A stretch of 64,000 nt of DNA from Octopus vulgaris (GCA_951406725.2 OX597825.1:11594001-11658000); one strand, 5' to 3'; counted from the first letter of the stretch, positions 1 to 13,445 are shown. The notes: a model not told the origin generated them from the letters alone. Program-made: numbers and translations.

Positions 1-338
1 CACAAAGAAACGACTTTTAACATTTACATAGATCTCCCAAGTAAAACGTTTATTTTCATCATTTATACGGTAATAGGTAAAAATATTATACAGCTCAACT
101 TAAAATGGAAATTCCTTTCATGCGAAATCATGTAACAAAAATATGAGACAGTTTAATTTTTGCATCGCCGACGCCAATGATATATTACTGACCAGACACC
201 GATTCATAAATAAACATTCCTAAATTATCGTTTCATGTAGTCATAAAACATACAAAACATTAAAAAAAAGCCCCAATATTTCGCAGTATATATAGCCTGT
301 CATTATTTTTTATTTTCAACACTAGTATGTGTTTTAAT

Positions 339-603
339 GGAGGCGCAATGGTTTCGATTCCTAGACGGGGAGTTGTGTGTGTTTATTGAGCGAAAACACC
401 GAGAAACACCACGAGGCTCCGGCAGGGGGTGGTGGTGACCCTTGTTGTACTCTTTCACCACAACTTTCACCATCTCTTCCTGTTTCTTGAGTAACGCTGC
501 GATGGACTGGCCTCCCGTCCAGCTGGGGGGGGGGACACATACGCCACAGAAAGCGGGAAACTGGGCCCATGATCCTGGCTAGGCTTGAAAAGGGCGACGT
601 TTT
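339..603 (+). mobile_element. tRNA-derived SINE, family B (head B + tail X), with a deletion inside the tRNA head
   Basis: Head ggaggcgcaatgg..ttcgattcc. Body matches the copies at 5831-6209 and 26720-27007. 13-bp TSD tatgtgttttaat at 326-338 and 604-616. Confidence 0.85.
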
Positions 604-751
604 TATGTGTTTTAATCATTTCCTTTCCTCTATTCCACTCTGAAATCTTACGACTACAGGCTTATCTTCTAAAAGCGGAGTCACATAAACTTCAAGAATA
701 CACTATACATTCCACGCCAATGTTCCTGTTGGTCTTTTATCTTCTGTTTTA

Positions 752-960
752 CTTGTCTCAGTCATTAGACTGCGTTCATACTGGGGCACCGATTGAAGGC
801 GTTTTAGTCGAACGAATCGACCATTTTTACTTCTTTTATTAGCCTGGTACTTACTGTTTCAGCTTTTTTTTTACCGAATTGCTAAGGTACGGGGACGCAA
901 CTAACCCAGTACCGGTTGGCAAGAGGTGGTGGATGACAAACACGGACACAGACACACTCA
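752..960 (-). mobile_element. 3' part of SINE family D (CORE-like SINE with internal microsatellite)
   Basis: cagtcattagactgcg..ctggggcaccg..tagtcgaacgaatcgacc matches the tail of the full copy at 37555-37947. Confidence 0.7.
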
Positions 961-1137
961 TAGACGCGCACGCACACATACATATATACATCAATCACAC
1001 ATATATATATTTCGATCGCGTATGTGCACACTCGCACACACACACACACATACATAGAGAGAGAGAGAGAGAGATAGAGAGATAGAGAGATAGATATGTG
1101 TTTATATATATATATATAAACATATAGATATAAATAT

Positions 1138-1173
<36 letters not shown>

Positions 1174-1270
1174 TATACATATATATATTTATATATATAT
1201 ATATGCATATATATATATCTATATAAATCTATGTATATATGTATGTATCTCTCTCTCTATATATATATAA

Positions 1271-1314
<44 letters not shown>

Positions 1315-1340
1315 GTATGTATGTGTGTATGTTTATATGC
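960..1340. repeat. compound (CA)n/(GA)n/(TA)n microsatellite
   Basis: Read directly from the sequence. Confidence 0.95.
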
Positions 1341-1341
1341 A

Positions 1342-1851
1342 ATCTTAGAAACATATGAACATAATTCAAATCCCAGCAAGCTTGTATTTTGCAGATGTTG
1401 CTTGAATGCAATAATTTTGCTTTAAGTAAAGAAACTTTGGAGAAAATCCACTCTTTCATAATGTTTTCTTTTCCTTTTTATTACATTTTGTCGATCGAAT
1501 TCGTCCGTTTATTCTGGGATCCTACGTGGTTGGCTGTGAAAATCGTTGTAAAGGTCAAATAAACAAAAAGAAAAGGGGAAAATTCATCCGGATGTGATCT
1601 TAGAAACTTATGAACATAGTTCAAATGGCAGCAAGCCTGCGATTGCTAGATGTTGCTTAAATGCAATAATTTCGCTTTAGCTAAAGAAAAACTGGCGAAA
1701 ATCCAGTCTTTGCAATTTGCTTTTCTTTTCTTTGTTATTACATTTTGTTGATCGAATTTGTCCATTTGTTCTGGGATCTTATGTTCTGTAATCCTATTCG
1801 AAAATCATTGTAAAAGCCAAAAAAAAAAAAAAAGGCGGAAATGCATCCGGA
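1342..1851. repeat. diverged tandem dimer, 255-bp period
   Basis: Units start atcttagaaac at 1342 and 1597 and are collinear to catccgga, with many substitutions. Confidence 0.9.
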
Positions 1852-1958
1852 CCTGCCATTGGCTGCTGTTGGAACGAATTTTCGTCTTTCTCTGCTATTC
1901 ATTATGTTTTTAAAGCAGCAAGTCCGTAAGAAATATTATTTCTGCACTAATAATTAAA

Positions 1959-2152
1959 GGCGCTCAGCTGGCAAAATCGACGGGCAAAATGCTTAGCGGC
2001 CTGTCTTCCTGCTTTACGTTCTGAGTTCAAATTTCACAGAGGTTGAGTTTGTTTTTCGTTCTTCCAGGATCCATAAAATAGGTATCAGTCGAACACTGGG
2101 TAGATGTACTCGACAAGCTCTAACATTCTAGTCCCTGTGTCTATAATAGAAA
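1959..2152 (+). mobile_element. degenerate SINE family A copy
   Basis: ggcgctcagctggcaaaatcg..gcttagcggc..ttacgttctgagttcaaattt matches the family A head and B-box. Confidence 0.75.
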
Positions 2153-2252
2153 GCAATATTCGTACCCCTTTCCCCAGAGGTAAATGACAAGGTAATAAAA
2201 ATACAATTCAATTCGTATAAGAAAGACACGTGTAGAGGTGTTATGTATAAAT

Positions 2253-2857
2253 ATATTTTATTTCTTTATTGCCCACAAGGGGCTAAACACAGAGGGGACA
2301 AACAAAGACAGACAAACGGATTAAATTGATTGCATCGATTCCAGTGCGTAAATGGTACTTATTTAATCGACCTCGAAAGGATGAAAGGCAAAGTCGATCT
2401 TGGCGGAATTTGAACTCAGAACGTAACAGCAGACGAAATACCTATTTCTTTACTACACACAAGGGGCTAAAAACAGAGGGGACAAACAAGGACAGACAAA
2501 CGGATTAAGTCGATTACAACGACTCCAGTGCGTAACTAGTACTTAATTTATTGACCCCGAAAGGATGAAAGGCAAAGTCGACCTCGGCGGAATTTGAACT
2601 CAGAACGTAACGGCAGACGAAATTCCTATTTCTTTACTGCCCACAAGGGGCTAAGCACAGAGGGGACAAATAAGGACAGACAAATGGATTAAGTCGATTA
2701 CATCGACCCCAGTGCGTAACTGTACTTATTTAATCGACCCCGAAAGGATGAAAGGTAAAGTCGATCTCGGCGGAATTTGAACTCTGAACGTAGCGGCAGA
2801 CGAAATACCACAAAGCATTTCACCCAGCGTGCTAACGTTTCTGCTAGCTCGCTGCCT
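2253..2857 (-). mobile_element. SINE family A trimer (one head + three ~185-bp body/tail units)
   Basis: Units begin tatttcttta near 2259, 2443 and 2628. Head ends at 2857. 14-bp TSD tgttatgtataaat at 2239-2252 and 2858-2871. Confidence 0.9.
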
Positions 2858-3275
2858 TGTTATGTATAAATTTATGGCAATAGTTAGATCTAACTATAGA
2901 CCTGATCTTCTTAGATTATGAAGGAACGTAAATATAATGCGTGGTGACGTAATAAAATGACCAGTATAAAATACTCGCAGGTCTTTTAGACGAAAGAATA
3001 ATATAAGTTTTTTTGCTTTCATTGCCTATTATTAGGAAGTTTTCCCGTTGATCTAATAGTCTCTTGTATATGTCTGGTAAATTGCAGGGAAGATTCTATT
3101 CCTTTTATGTCAGTCCTAAAAGAGTGGTTCATATACTCTATTATATGTAGATTCATCTCCGATCTTGGACTACAGAAGGTCAATCAAGATGCTTCTTGAA
3201 AACATCTACCTCTTCCGCATGATGTAGATCTCTCAGATCTTTTGGCAAAGTATTAAATAACTGCTGGCCTGATAT

Positions 3276-3600
3276 TCTCTACTCCGCCGGTTACGACGAC
3301 GAGGGTCCCAGCTGATACGATCAACGGAACAGCTTGCTCGTGAAATTAACGTGCAAATGACTGAGCATTCCACAGACACGTGTACCCTTAACGTAGTTCT
3401 TGGGGATAATCAGCGTGACACAGAGAGTGACAAGGCTGACCCTTTGAAATACAAGTACAACTCATTTTTGCCAGCTGAGTGGACTGGAGCAACGTGAAAT
3501 AAAGTGTCTTGCTCAAGGACACAACGCGTCGCCGGGAATCGAACTCACAACCTTACGATCATGAGCCGAATGCCCTAACCACTAAGCCACGCGCCCTCAC
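3276..3600 (-). mobile_element. tRNA-derived CORE-like SINE, family C (head C + tail Y)
   Basis: Minus-strand head gtgagggcgcgtggcttagtggttaggg..gagttcgattcc, then gttgtgtccttgagcaagacactt. TSD tggcctgatat at 3265-3275 and 3601-3611. Confidence 0.9.
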
Positions 3601-3781
3601 TGGCCTGATATACTTCCGTTTCATCACGCACACACACACACACACACACACACGCATAAATTTAAATTGAGGGTGAGAAATTAGATAGTAATTTAATTAA
3701 CACCAATTTATGGTATGATCATAGCGGATCTACTTCTAGCATAAGTGTTGTCCACATAGTGGTCATCTCTCTCATATGTGC

Positions 3782-3823
<42 letters not shown>

Positions 3824-3844
3824 CATATTGAAACTATTCGATGG

Positions 3845-4015
3845 GATAAGTCAATGTAATCGACCCCAGTTCTAAAGTGGTACTTATTTTATCGATCCCG
3901 AAATGGGTGACAGGCGAAGTCGACCTCGGTGGAATTTGAACTCAGTATGTAGTGACGGAAGAAATGGTGCTAACCATTTCGCACGGCATGCTAACGATGC
4001 TGACAGCTCGCCGCC
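3845..4015 (-). mobile_element. SINE family A, diverged
   Basis: gtcgacctcggtggaatttgaactcag..cagctcgccgcc. Confidence 0.8.
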
Positions 4016-4859
4016 TTATTTTAAATGTAATATTTTGTGTTTAACTGCACCTGTATGTATACTTTGTAGCGAAATAGCTACTACCTACGAGAAATATTCG
4101 AAACGAGTTATTTGAACATAACTTTTTCATTACTTTCATTACTACTAATAACTTGAGGAACTTAGCATTCGTCTCTTCTATTATACACACTTTGAATCAA
4201 TACTCTTGCGTAATGCTGCTAATGTCTTTGTGAAAGGCATATAAATTATAACTTCTTTTTAACAAGGTTACCTCAAACCTAAATTCTCAAGATTATTGTC
4301 TCTGCAAAAAAAAAAAAAAAATTAAAGAAGCAGATGTATGTGTGACGTTATTATGTAACAGCCTAAGGAATTTTTTTACGCATTGAAGAATTTAGAATAA
4401 AATATGAGAGCACAGCATAATTAGAACTAAAGTGGATTTTTACTCATAAAGAACACAGGCAGAATCCCTCACACACATACACACATACATAGTCATTTAT
4501 ACTTGCACACACACACACACACACACTGACATATGCACTTATATGTACACGCTAATGCATTATAACCAGAAGCGTAATTAATCAATTTATAATTTATATG
4601 ATGCATTTAACCTCAGTATGATGTAACGAAGAGATAATAAATGAGTGTGCATTGGAGGGATGTTCATTACTGTGGATTGTTTTCTTTATAAGAGAATTGC
4701 AAAGATTTGCAATAATAAATGGAACGAATGCCAACCTCACAACATTCTAACATCCATTACGTACAGAACATATACTTTCACTATTAAAGATATTGAGACA
4801 CATTTTATCGTATTATACTATGAAACACTAACAAAAATAAAAACAAAACACAACGTACC

Positions 4860-5325
4860 TCACTGTGATTCCTCTGCTTGCGAGAAATAGTAGTTAAATC
4901 TCACTCAATTTACACTCTATCGTTTTTAAATCGAAGCGGGAACATCTACGTTGTGAATGGACCGGCGAGAAATAGCAGCCTAATATGCCTCAAATTTTCT
5001 CCGAGAATCTTGAAACAGTGAAGGCTACAACGGATCATGCTGTTCCACGTGCATAATGCTTCGGGAAAGAATGGCAAGGCTACGGTTCGAACGCTTGATT
5101 AATCGGTGATGTCTAGATGCAAAACAGCTATGAAACTAACTCTCACAAAAGGAGTCTATTTGCGATTCCTCGATCTGGTAGAAATAACAACCAAATTGTA
5201 TATAGTTTATATCCTATAATGTTAAATAAGAGACGGAAACGTTCACAACCACTGTAGTCTTGTAATAAACCTAACACGAAGAAGTGGTCACGGGTGGATC
5301 ACCTTTTAACTCAGATACAATCGAC
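4860..5325 (+). repeat. old interspersed repeat, 2-3 degenerate adjacent fragments (related pieces at ~6400-6530 + and ~53685-53870 -)
   Basis: Recurring gaaata(g/a)(c/t)agc..aaat..ctcaa motif at ~4880, ~4965 and ~5180. Confidence 0.45.
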
Positions 5326-5597
5326 TTAATCCGTTTGTCTGTCCTGTCTGTCCTTGTTTGACCCCTCTGTGTGTAGCTCCTTGTGGGCAGTAAAGAAATA
5401 AGTAACGTTAGTACGGGTGAAATGCTTAGTGGTATTTCGTCTGTCTTTACGTTCTGAGTTCAAATTCTGCCGAGATCGACTTTGCCTTTCACTCTTTTGG
5501 AGTCGATAAATTATGTACCAATTACGTACTGGGGTAGATCTAAATCGACAGGCCCACTCCCACAAAATTTTGGGCCTTGTGCCTAGAGTAGAAAAGA
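5320..5597 (+). mobile_element. SINE family A: tail-alpha fragment followed by a copy with the alternative tail (ggccttgtgcctagagtagaaa)
   Basis: Direct similarity to the other family A copies in the window. Confidence 0.85.
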
Positions 5598-5821
5598 AAT
5601 TACCACGATTCAGGAGTTTACTCCCCTTGATATTGCTGTTGAGATCGTCTGCATATGCTTAAGTCTATATTACAATGGTATCTGGTAAATAACTTATTTA
5701 CGAATGACGACTCTAATTATGGACATTTCGTTTTAATTATCGTTGAGGATGTGTTTTAATTTTGGAAGTTTCATGAGAACAATTGAGTTGACTATGTTAC
5801 GTTGGTCGATTCATCACAAGT

Positions 5822-6209
5822 GGATGGAAGCACTCCGTCGGTTACGACGATGAGAGTTCCGGTTGATCCGAATCAACGGAACAGCCTGCTCGTGAAATTA
5901 ACGTGTAAGTGGCTGAGCATTCCACAGACACGTGTACCCTTAACGTAGTTCTCGGAGATATTCAGCGTGACACAGTGAGTGACAAGGCCGGCCCTTTGAA
6001 ATACAGGTACAAGAGAAACAGGAAGTAAGAGTGAGAGAAAGTTGTGGTGAAAGAGTACAGCAGGGATCACCACCATCCCCTGCCGAGGCCTCGTGGAGCT
6101 TTAGGTATTTTCGCTCAATAAACACTCACAACACCCGGTCTGGGAATCGAAACCGCGATCCTATGACCGCGAGTCCGCTGCCCTAACCACTGGGCCATTG
6201 CGCCTCCAC
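5822..6209 (-). mobile_element. tRNA-derived SINE, head B + tail Y (chimeric subfamily)
   Basis: Head/body match 339-480 and tail matches 3281-3460. TSD tcatcacaagt at 5811-5821 and 6210-6220. Confidence 0.9.
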
Positions 6210-7380
6210 TCATCACAAGTAATACATTGCTGGTCGAATAACTTCCACTGGTGTTTTATAAATATTTCCTTTCTCTAATTATCGTGATTGTTTGATTTTA
6301 TTCGAAGTTTTACTCTGATATTTAACTATGCTTGAAAAAGCCAACAATTAACTATTATGCTTGAAAAAGCAGCTAAAGCTTCATAAAATTGCATCATATA
6401 GTCAAGAAAAAGAGAAGGGTACATTGGATAAAGTATGCCAGGATGAAATTGTCTGGGGCGAGATGATCATGGGTGGAACTCCTTTTGATTTTTGTATCTG
6501 CTCGAACCCAGAAAAACTGCGACTAAACAAAATCAAGAAAATAGATTTATTTCGATTCGTAGATTCACGAAAAAAAAAGTTTAACTAAAAGAAAAAAAAA
6601 ACTAACAACAAAAAACAGGAAAAAGAACGCCTAATAGATATGATATGAAAGAAATAAGAAACATTAATTATCCAAGAATGTGTCTTGAAAATATGAATTT
6701 GACAGCCATTAATATCATTACGATAAAATATATAACAATGGACTTGAAAGGCTCATATATTGTACTTGAAACATTTAAAAAATATTTTCTAGAAAGGCCA
6801 ATTGTCCATGTTTAATGACAAAGTGAAATTGTTAACAACAATAAGAAAATATTTGTTCCCCATTCATTTTGATATTTTGTTTATGGAAATGTCACATCTA
6901 ATATTTAATAATATCAGTAAAGATAAAAAGACAAAATCATATTAAATAATCAGTGAATGATATGTTTGAGAAGTGAGTTAACATAAAAATTCTGTTTTTC
7001 CTTTTGAGCTGTACAATTAAAAGTCGTTATGCGTGCATATATAATTGTACGGTACTAACACATCCATTAATGTAAAATGAATGCAGCTGACTATAAACCG
7101 AAAATAACTGATATATAAATTGATTAGATTTAGAGATAGTTAAATCGGGAGATAGAAGTTCAGAGCAGACAAAACGAATAATTAATCAGAAATTGTTAGT
7201 TCATTATATAATTGCATATACGTGTACATAAATACATACACATGTACACATACATACACACATACAGTACAATGCATACATACATACATACATACATATA
7301 TACATACATACATACATACATACATACATACATACATACACATACTACATACATACACACATACATATGTATGGACGTAT

Positions 7381-7605
7381 AGCTTAGATGACTTAGATTG
7401 GTTTCGGCCATTATCGGCCCAGGCCATGACTAACTCTGTAGCACTCCGTCGAAATGTCTTTTAATTATTTCGTGACGCAATGGACCACTCAAGCAGAGAG
7501 TTGTTGCTGGCTGAGACGAATCCAGGTGTAGGTGGTTTATCCGGTATCTCCTGGAGGAATTTGTCCAGGTACCGTTTGAAGGTTTTGGGGTCTTTTCCTA
7601 CTTGT
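7381..7605 (-). mobile_element. 3' end of a CR1-group LINE (ORF2 C-terminus + 3'UTR)
   Basis: KTFKRYLDKFLQEIPDKPPTPGFVSASNNSLLEW resembles the FK..LDKFL..IPD.P..GY....NSL C-terminus of invertebrate CR1-group ORF2. A short UTR ends ggccgaaacc..tctaag next to (ATAC)n. Confidence 0.75.
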
Positions 7606-9319
7606 ACTAATACAGTTCTATCTTTCGCAAATTTTATTGTGTCTCCAGTCCACTGCAGGAATGATATAAAGTCTCTCGTAAACACACTCCACCCCCTCGG
7701 ACGTACACGTCTTGTCTCCTCTCTCTGCGTTATCTATCTCTAAGACAGCGGACTCATATTATCAAAACTAGCTAATTTCATACTATATCCACTCAGAAAC
7801 CACTCACTAACTAATCTCTCTTTTTATCATCACCCACATTTTATCTCAGACCTTATACGCTCTAGAAGTACCGTTCTTTCATTCACACCAATCCAGCAGT
7901 AGAAGTCCTGTTTTGAAATAAAACGTCAGAAATCTGTCACTATTTTTCAGTGATATATTTCTTCATACCGTATTCTAGCCAGCAAGAAACTCTGAGAAAT
8001 AACTGTATTGAATCAATATTTAATCCTAATTAATAAAATATAATATTCCAAGACAGAAGTTTTTATTGTTTTCTCATCTCAAGTTTGCATATACTATACA
8101 CATGAAGCGCCCATGCAGACACATACACACAAATGATCGCGACCGAGTAACAAGTACTATACAAGCGTTTGTATAAGATATTCGAAAACTTTTAATGTAC
8201 CAATACTCACTATATTTAGCTTATTAACTATTCTGTCTTTAGTAATGTTCTAAACGAAGAGAAACTTGGTGCTTCCGTCAGCGCACAATCTAGTCTTAAG
8301 GCCTTTTTAATCGGAAGCCGTTAACCAAAATCTCAGACAATCACCGAACAAGTTTGAATTCTATCTGGAAAAAAAGAATTTTGTGTTGATAGGAATGGAC
8401 TAATGGAATTACTCTGATCTCATTTGGTTCTATTCTCTTGGAGAATAGCTGTAGATCTCAGTACATGATGCATTATTTTTTCTTTCATAGAATTCTCTCA
8501 AGCGACATTATAAAATCAAATCAATGCCCGTTACTTGACAAATTTCTTCAGCTGCTTCCCACTTGCTATATTTCAATCAGAAAATGTTGTATGCTTTTTC
8601 TTTCGCTTCAATACTCAAGTCCTAATATTGAAAATCTTCCCGATTCTTTCAATTATGTGGAATTGTACTAAATGAAGTAGTAACACTCTAACTGTAATTT
8701 TTATGTCATTTTGTACATTATTTTTTTTTGTATAGACTTCCAACTAGAAATGTAAAGAAATTTACATAAGTATGAAAGTAAATTGGAAAGGTGAAACGTG
8801 AATCAGTGATGTTTATTCATTCCTTGAGCAAGTCATTTGGAAAGTGAAAGTAGGTGATACAGTATGGCATGCGAATGATGCCAAATCCAGAAGTATAAAC
8901 TAAAATTCTTTTAGCTTTCCATCAGTTCCACCAATGGAAATTGCAACTTTAACATTATATATTTCTTTACATTCCGCTGAATAGAAGATGGAGTGATTTT
9001 CATTCCATTCTGATTACCATTATTTGTTTCAATAAGTAAAAGAAGTTTAAATGCGAAAAGAAATCACTAGTTGAAAATCTGTAGTACTGTATTACTCCAT
9101 GCTACATATTGGAGTTCTTTAATTGACCTCAAGAAAGGAAAAATGGATATTTTACAGGAGACAAAACATAAAGTCTTACTTGAAAAGTATGATTTCTGTT
9201 TGTGTTTAAGAAATTACTCCTAGTTTGCGATATTAGAAAGACTCTTGTCACTTATGATAAATGAAAGATGGAGATAAATAAAATTAATATTTTTTCTGAG
9301 TAGGAGCAGGTGTTAATTA

Positions 9320-9595
9320 CAAGAAGAAGAAAAGGAAGAAGAATAAAAAAGAAAAGAAAGAAAAATGAGGAGGAGGAGGAGAAGAAGAAGAAGAAGAAGA
9401 AGAAGTAGAGGAAGAAGAAGAAGTAGAAAAAATGGGAAAGAGAAGCGAAAGAAGTAAGACGCTGACGAGGAGAAAGATGATGGGTGAACAGAATACTAGC
9501 TAGAACCATTGGTGATGGCGATGGTAATAATGATGATGATGATGATGATGTTGATGATGAAGATGATGGGGATGCTAATGATCATGACGATGTCG
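9320..9595. repeat. (GAA)n/(GAT)n low-complexity tract
   Basis: Read directly from the sequence. Confidence 0.9.
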
Positions 9596-10246
9596 ACATT
9601 TATCAAAAGTATTCCCAACATTTCAACAATTAACAAGAATCCTGCTTCTAAATATATACGGACATCTTAAAAAAATGTTATGAAATATAGGACAATGAAG
9701 CTCTATTACGTACTGTAATGGTAAATGGTAGTTTTCACTTATTATAATTCTACATTTTGTTTCACACACACACACATACACACACACACACACACACGCA
9801 CGCACATACACAAACACACGCATACACACCCAGACATATGTACACACGATTATAAACACACATAAACACAAACATAAACACATAAACGTACACACATACA
9901 AATATACATACATGTATATATTTATGTATTTCTTTTAAATAAATGACAGTGTATGTGTGTACGTATATGAGTATGTCGCCTAGAAAAAAACGGATTTGAT
10001 TTCAAAAATCTGTCTCAAGGAGTGTTGGTTATTAGTAATCAAAAAATATAAATTGCTACTACAATTAACTCAGCTTTCATATCGCCAACATTGTAAGTCT
10101 TTACAAGCCGCCATTTTAACCTCATGGTTACCTTCGTATGTTTGCGTCTTATAACTGTCTTTCTATCTGTCTCTCTCTGCCTTTTACGCTTTTCCCGGGT
10201 CTTATATTTTTCTCACAGTCCGTCACTCATTCTCTGTATATGTATA

Positions 10247-10646
10247 CTAGCAGTATCGCCCGGAGTTGCTCGGGTTTGTAAGGGAAATAACTATATAAGC
10301 ATTTTTAGAGATGTAAAGTATAATAGCCATCTCAATATGGCTAACCACAAAGGGGGGGGGGGTGTTACTGTAGCTTTTTACTTTCTGAGATTTAATAATG
10401 AATTTTTAGAGAGTTACTTCCCTTATATATGCCAAAAATGCATTAAAAATGGGAAAAATTGATGGTAAATTCTTTTTAAAATCGTAGACTCATCGTAGAC
10501 GCGCGCTAATACCCGGAAGGGCTCGATATGAATCACGACTATAAGATACCCGGTTTGGGTTAAACTCCACCGCAAAATGTGGGAGTAGTTAGGAATCTAA
10601 ATCGTAGGAGACAGACAGCACACAACCTCACTTTTATATGTAAAGA
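10247..10646 (-). mobile_element. non-autonomous Helitron
   Basis: Minus strand starts TC (10646) and ends with hairpin cccgagcaactccggg followed by CTAG (10247). Inserted between A and T, no TSD. Confidence 0.85.
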
Positions 10647-10721
10647 TTTCCTACGCTGAGTCTTTGTATGTTTGTACGTGTGTGCATGTGTGTGTGCGTG
10701 TGTGATTGAGTGAGTGAGTGA

Positions 10722-10782
<61 letters not shown>

Positions 10783-10809
10783 CATGTGTGTAAGGAAGTT
10801 AATTAGGGT

Positions 10810-10953
10810 GACGGAGTCGAAAGATCTTTACGAAACGTCACCAGCGAGCTAAGAAGAAAACCGAACAGAGAAAGAATAGACTTGATGATATGCGAAGCCG
10901 AGCGTCCGTTGCCACGGTATAATCATTTTAATGATTATATCCTCAATTTATAC

Positions 10954-10995
<42 letters not shown>

Positions 10996-11160
10996 CGTAA
11001 GCATAAATAGCAATGGTGAAGCGAGTGCGGAAAGAGCCGAAGTCGAGCTGTCTTAACTGATGAGGCAACGCATCCGATCTGCTTGTAACATGAAGGCCGA
11101 GCTGTAAGCCGACTTAAAGAAGATATTCAAAGATCTTCCCATCTTCGCAGAGACACCTAC
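10810..11160 (+). pseudogene. decayed coding fragment resembling the Helitron Rep/Hel N-terminal charged repeats
   Basis: Translates KRHQRAKKKTEQRKNRLDDMRSRAS and later SRLKEDIQRS (ET.EQR..RL...R.R-like). Interrupted by stops and a (TA)n. Confidence 0.4.
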
Positions 11161-11231
11161 ACACTAACTCACGTATAGACACACACACACATCTCTATAT
11201 ACCTTTAGATAATTGTACATATATATATACA

Positions 11232-11276
<45 letters not shown>

Positions 11277-12208
11277 TATCTATCTATCTGTCTAGTATTT
11301 GTATATATATACATATATACATAGATATTGTGTGTGTATAAATAATATATGTATATATATGTATATATATATTTGTAAATACACACATACACACATACAC
11401 ACATTTACGTATATATATGTGTATATACAACCCCCAGAATATATGCACTTAAATATTATCTACATTACTTATGCCGCTGGGTCACATGTTATTCAACAGC
11501 ATTTTGATGAAGGCAAATAGTTTAAACAGATATTGTTAAAACAAATGAAGATTTAGGAAATTAATAGCTACTTCTAACATTATTCGTCTTACCAGATCCA
11601 TTAAGAAGAAATGTAGTCTAGATATTTGTTGTTAAAATATTAACAGCACAAAAGCATTTTCAAAAAAAAAAAAAAGAAAAATACTCCATAAAATTTCGTA
11701 CTAGTAAAAACAGTTTTTCTTACACGATCAGTTATATGATAGATGTATAATTTAGCTTTTATGTAACAAATTAGTAGATATGAAATAAGAAAAGTTGAAA
11801 TTAATCATAAACATACGAACTTATTACAACCCAATGAGGTGAAAATGGAAATGTATAAAAGCAATACACACAGAAAGAGAAATACTTAAAAAGAATTTAT
11901 TATCAAATGTACGTAAAATATCTCTCGTTTCTTGTGTTGCACAATTATTTGATGGTACGTCTAGATTAATATTATATTACAACCACTATAATTGTAAAAA
12001 TATTATTCAATATCCGATTATAGCGTGGGTTGAAAACGCCAATGTGTTCTATGTATTTTATTGTTACCTCTTTCGTATAACAACTTGGCTTAAACTTTCA
12101 TACACATAATTATCTTATAAGGCATCAAAGAACTGACAGAAAACTAGATAACGATTAAGTGTTTATGTATTCTTCTCGGGTTGCATGCGAGTATATACAT
12201 ACATACAT

Positions 12209-12239
<31 letters not shown>

Positions 12240-12262
12240 GTCTGTATATGTATATATATATA

Positions 12263-12307
<45 letters not shown>

Positions 12308-12372
12308 ATGTATATATATATATATATATATATACATATATATACATATATATATATACATATATATATGTA

Positions 12373-12426
<54 letters not shown>

Positions 12427-13179
12427 GTATGTGTGAGCGAGTTTGTGAGCGTTTAGTTTGTGTATGAGTCTCTAAACACGCACACAGCACACACACACAA
12501 CACACACGCTCAGACAAACACACAAGCACACACACACATATGTATATAGACATGGGTGTATGCATTTGAATACATATGTACACATGCATGTGCATTGTGC
12601 ATCGTGAAGTAGGTATGTATGTAGCTGGCAATGTGATTGCTGCATGTATGCTTGTATGTATACGCCTGCGCGCACATATACATTGTGTGTGCGTGTGTGT
12701 GTGTGTGTGTGCGTGCGTATGAAGCGCGATATTGAAATTACGGCCAAGTTGAAACACAGGTGAATTTCCGTATACAACTGTGATTTGATAGAGAAGGTTA
12801 TAGTTTGGTGTTATCAAATTGTCCTTTTGATGGGATTCTTATGGTTTCTCCGTATGTATAAGATTTCAAACAGAAGGTGGAAGCGATTGAAAAGGTCTGA
12901 CAGCAGGTCTCTACGAAGTGATGTTGCAACTACGTAGCTTTATGAAAGCTGGATTGTTCCACATTATCACAAACCCCAGGCTAATTGGAACGGGTGGAAA
13001 AGGGTTCCAAGTAGCGAAATGCTCGATGCGTTTCTGATATTGCTCGTAAATCATTGCCAAGACTATTGACAGGGATGAAATGGGGTGTTGTACAAGCTAT
13101 TGAAATTGCAGAGACCGCATTGGAAATGAGGACTTCAAGGTTCAGTCCGTACTGTAGCGGAGTGCTTTGTGTGCCTCAG

Positions 13180-13445
13180 TACACACTGAAAGCTATGTAG
13201 AAGTTCCTGGTCGAAGCACTCATACTGGGAAGGTCAAACGATTGAGAGTACACTAATAAAGATCACATCTTTGTAGAGCAAAATTGGGGTTTGCACAGGG
13301 TCAACAACCCCACCTGGAACAGAAGCAACGTTCAAGAAGCACCAACAGCAATTCAAAAAGCGGCAACACCTAGGGGAAGAAAGGCAGCTTTGAGTCGAGA
13401 ACTGTAGGGAAGAGTCATCGATGACATATGATGCAACACTGAAGG
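13180..13445 (+). mobile_element. probable RTE-type LINE 5'UTR remnant
   Basis: ggaaggtcaaacgattgagag..aaattggggtttgcacagggtcaacaaccccacct resembles RTE 5' ends (recognition only). Confidence 0.35.

Noticed and set aside
2259-2857. Regularly spaced repeats resembling a CRISPR array
   Set aside because: Whole ~185-bp units repeat, there are no unique spacers or cas genes, and the context is eukaryotic.
7440-7451. gcactccgtcg shared between the LINE 3'UTR and the end of SINE tail Y (5830-5840)
   Set aside because: An 11-bp match that does not extend; not enough to name this LINE as the SINE's partner.
8438-8671. ORF containing LLDKFLQLLP, similar to the LINE peptide near 7560
   Set aside because: The match is only ~6 residues and the flanks do not align; likely chance.
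11070-11110. CUGAUGAG hammerhead core start
   Set aside because: No stem II closing onto GAAA and no stem I partner.
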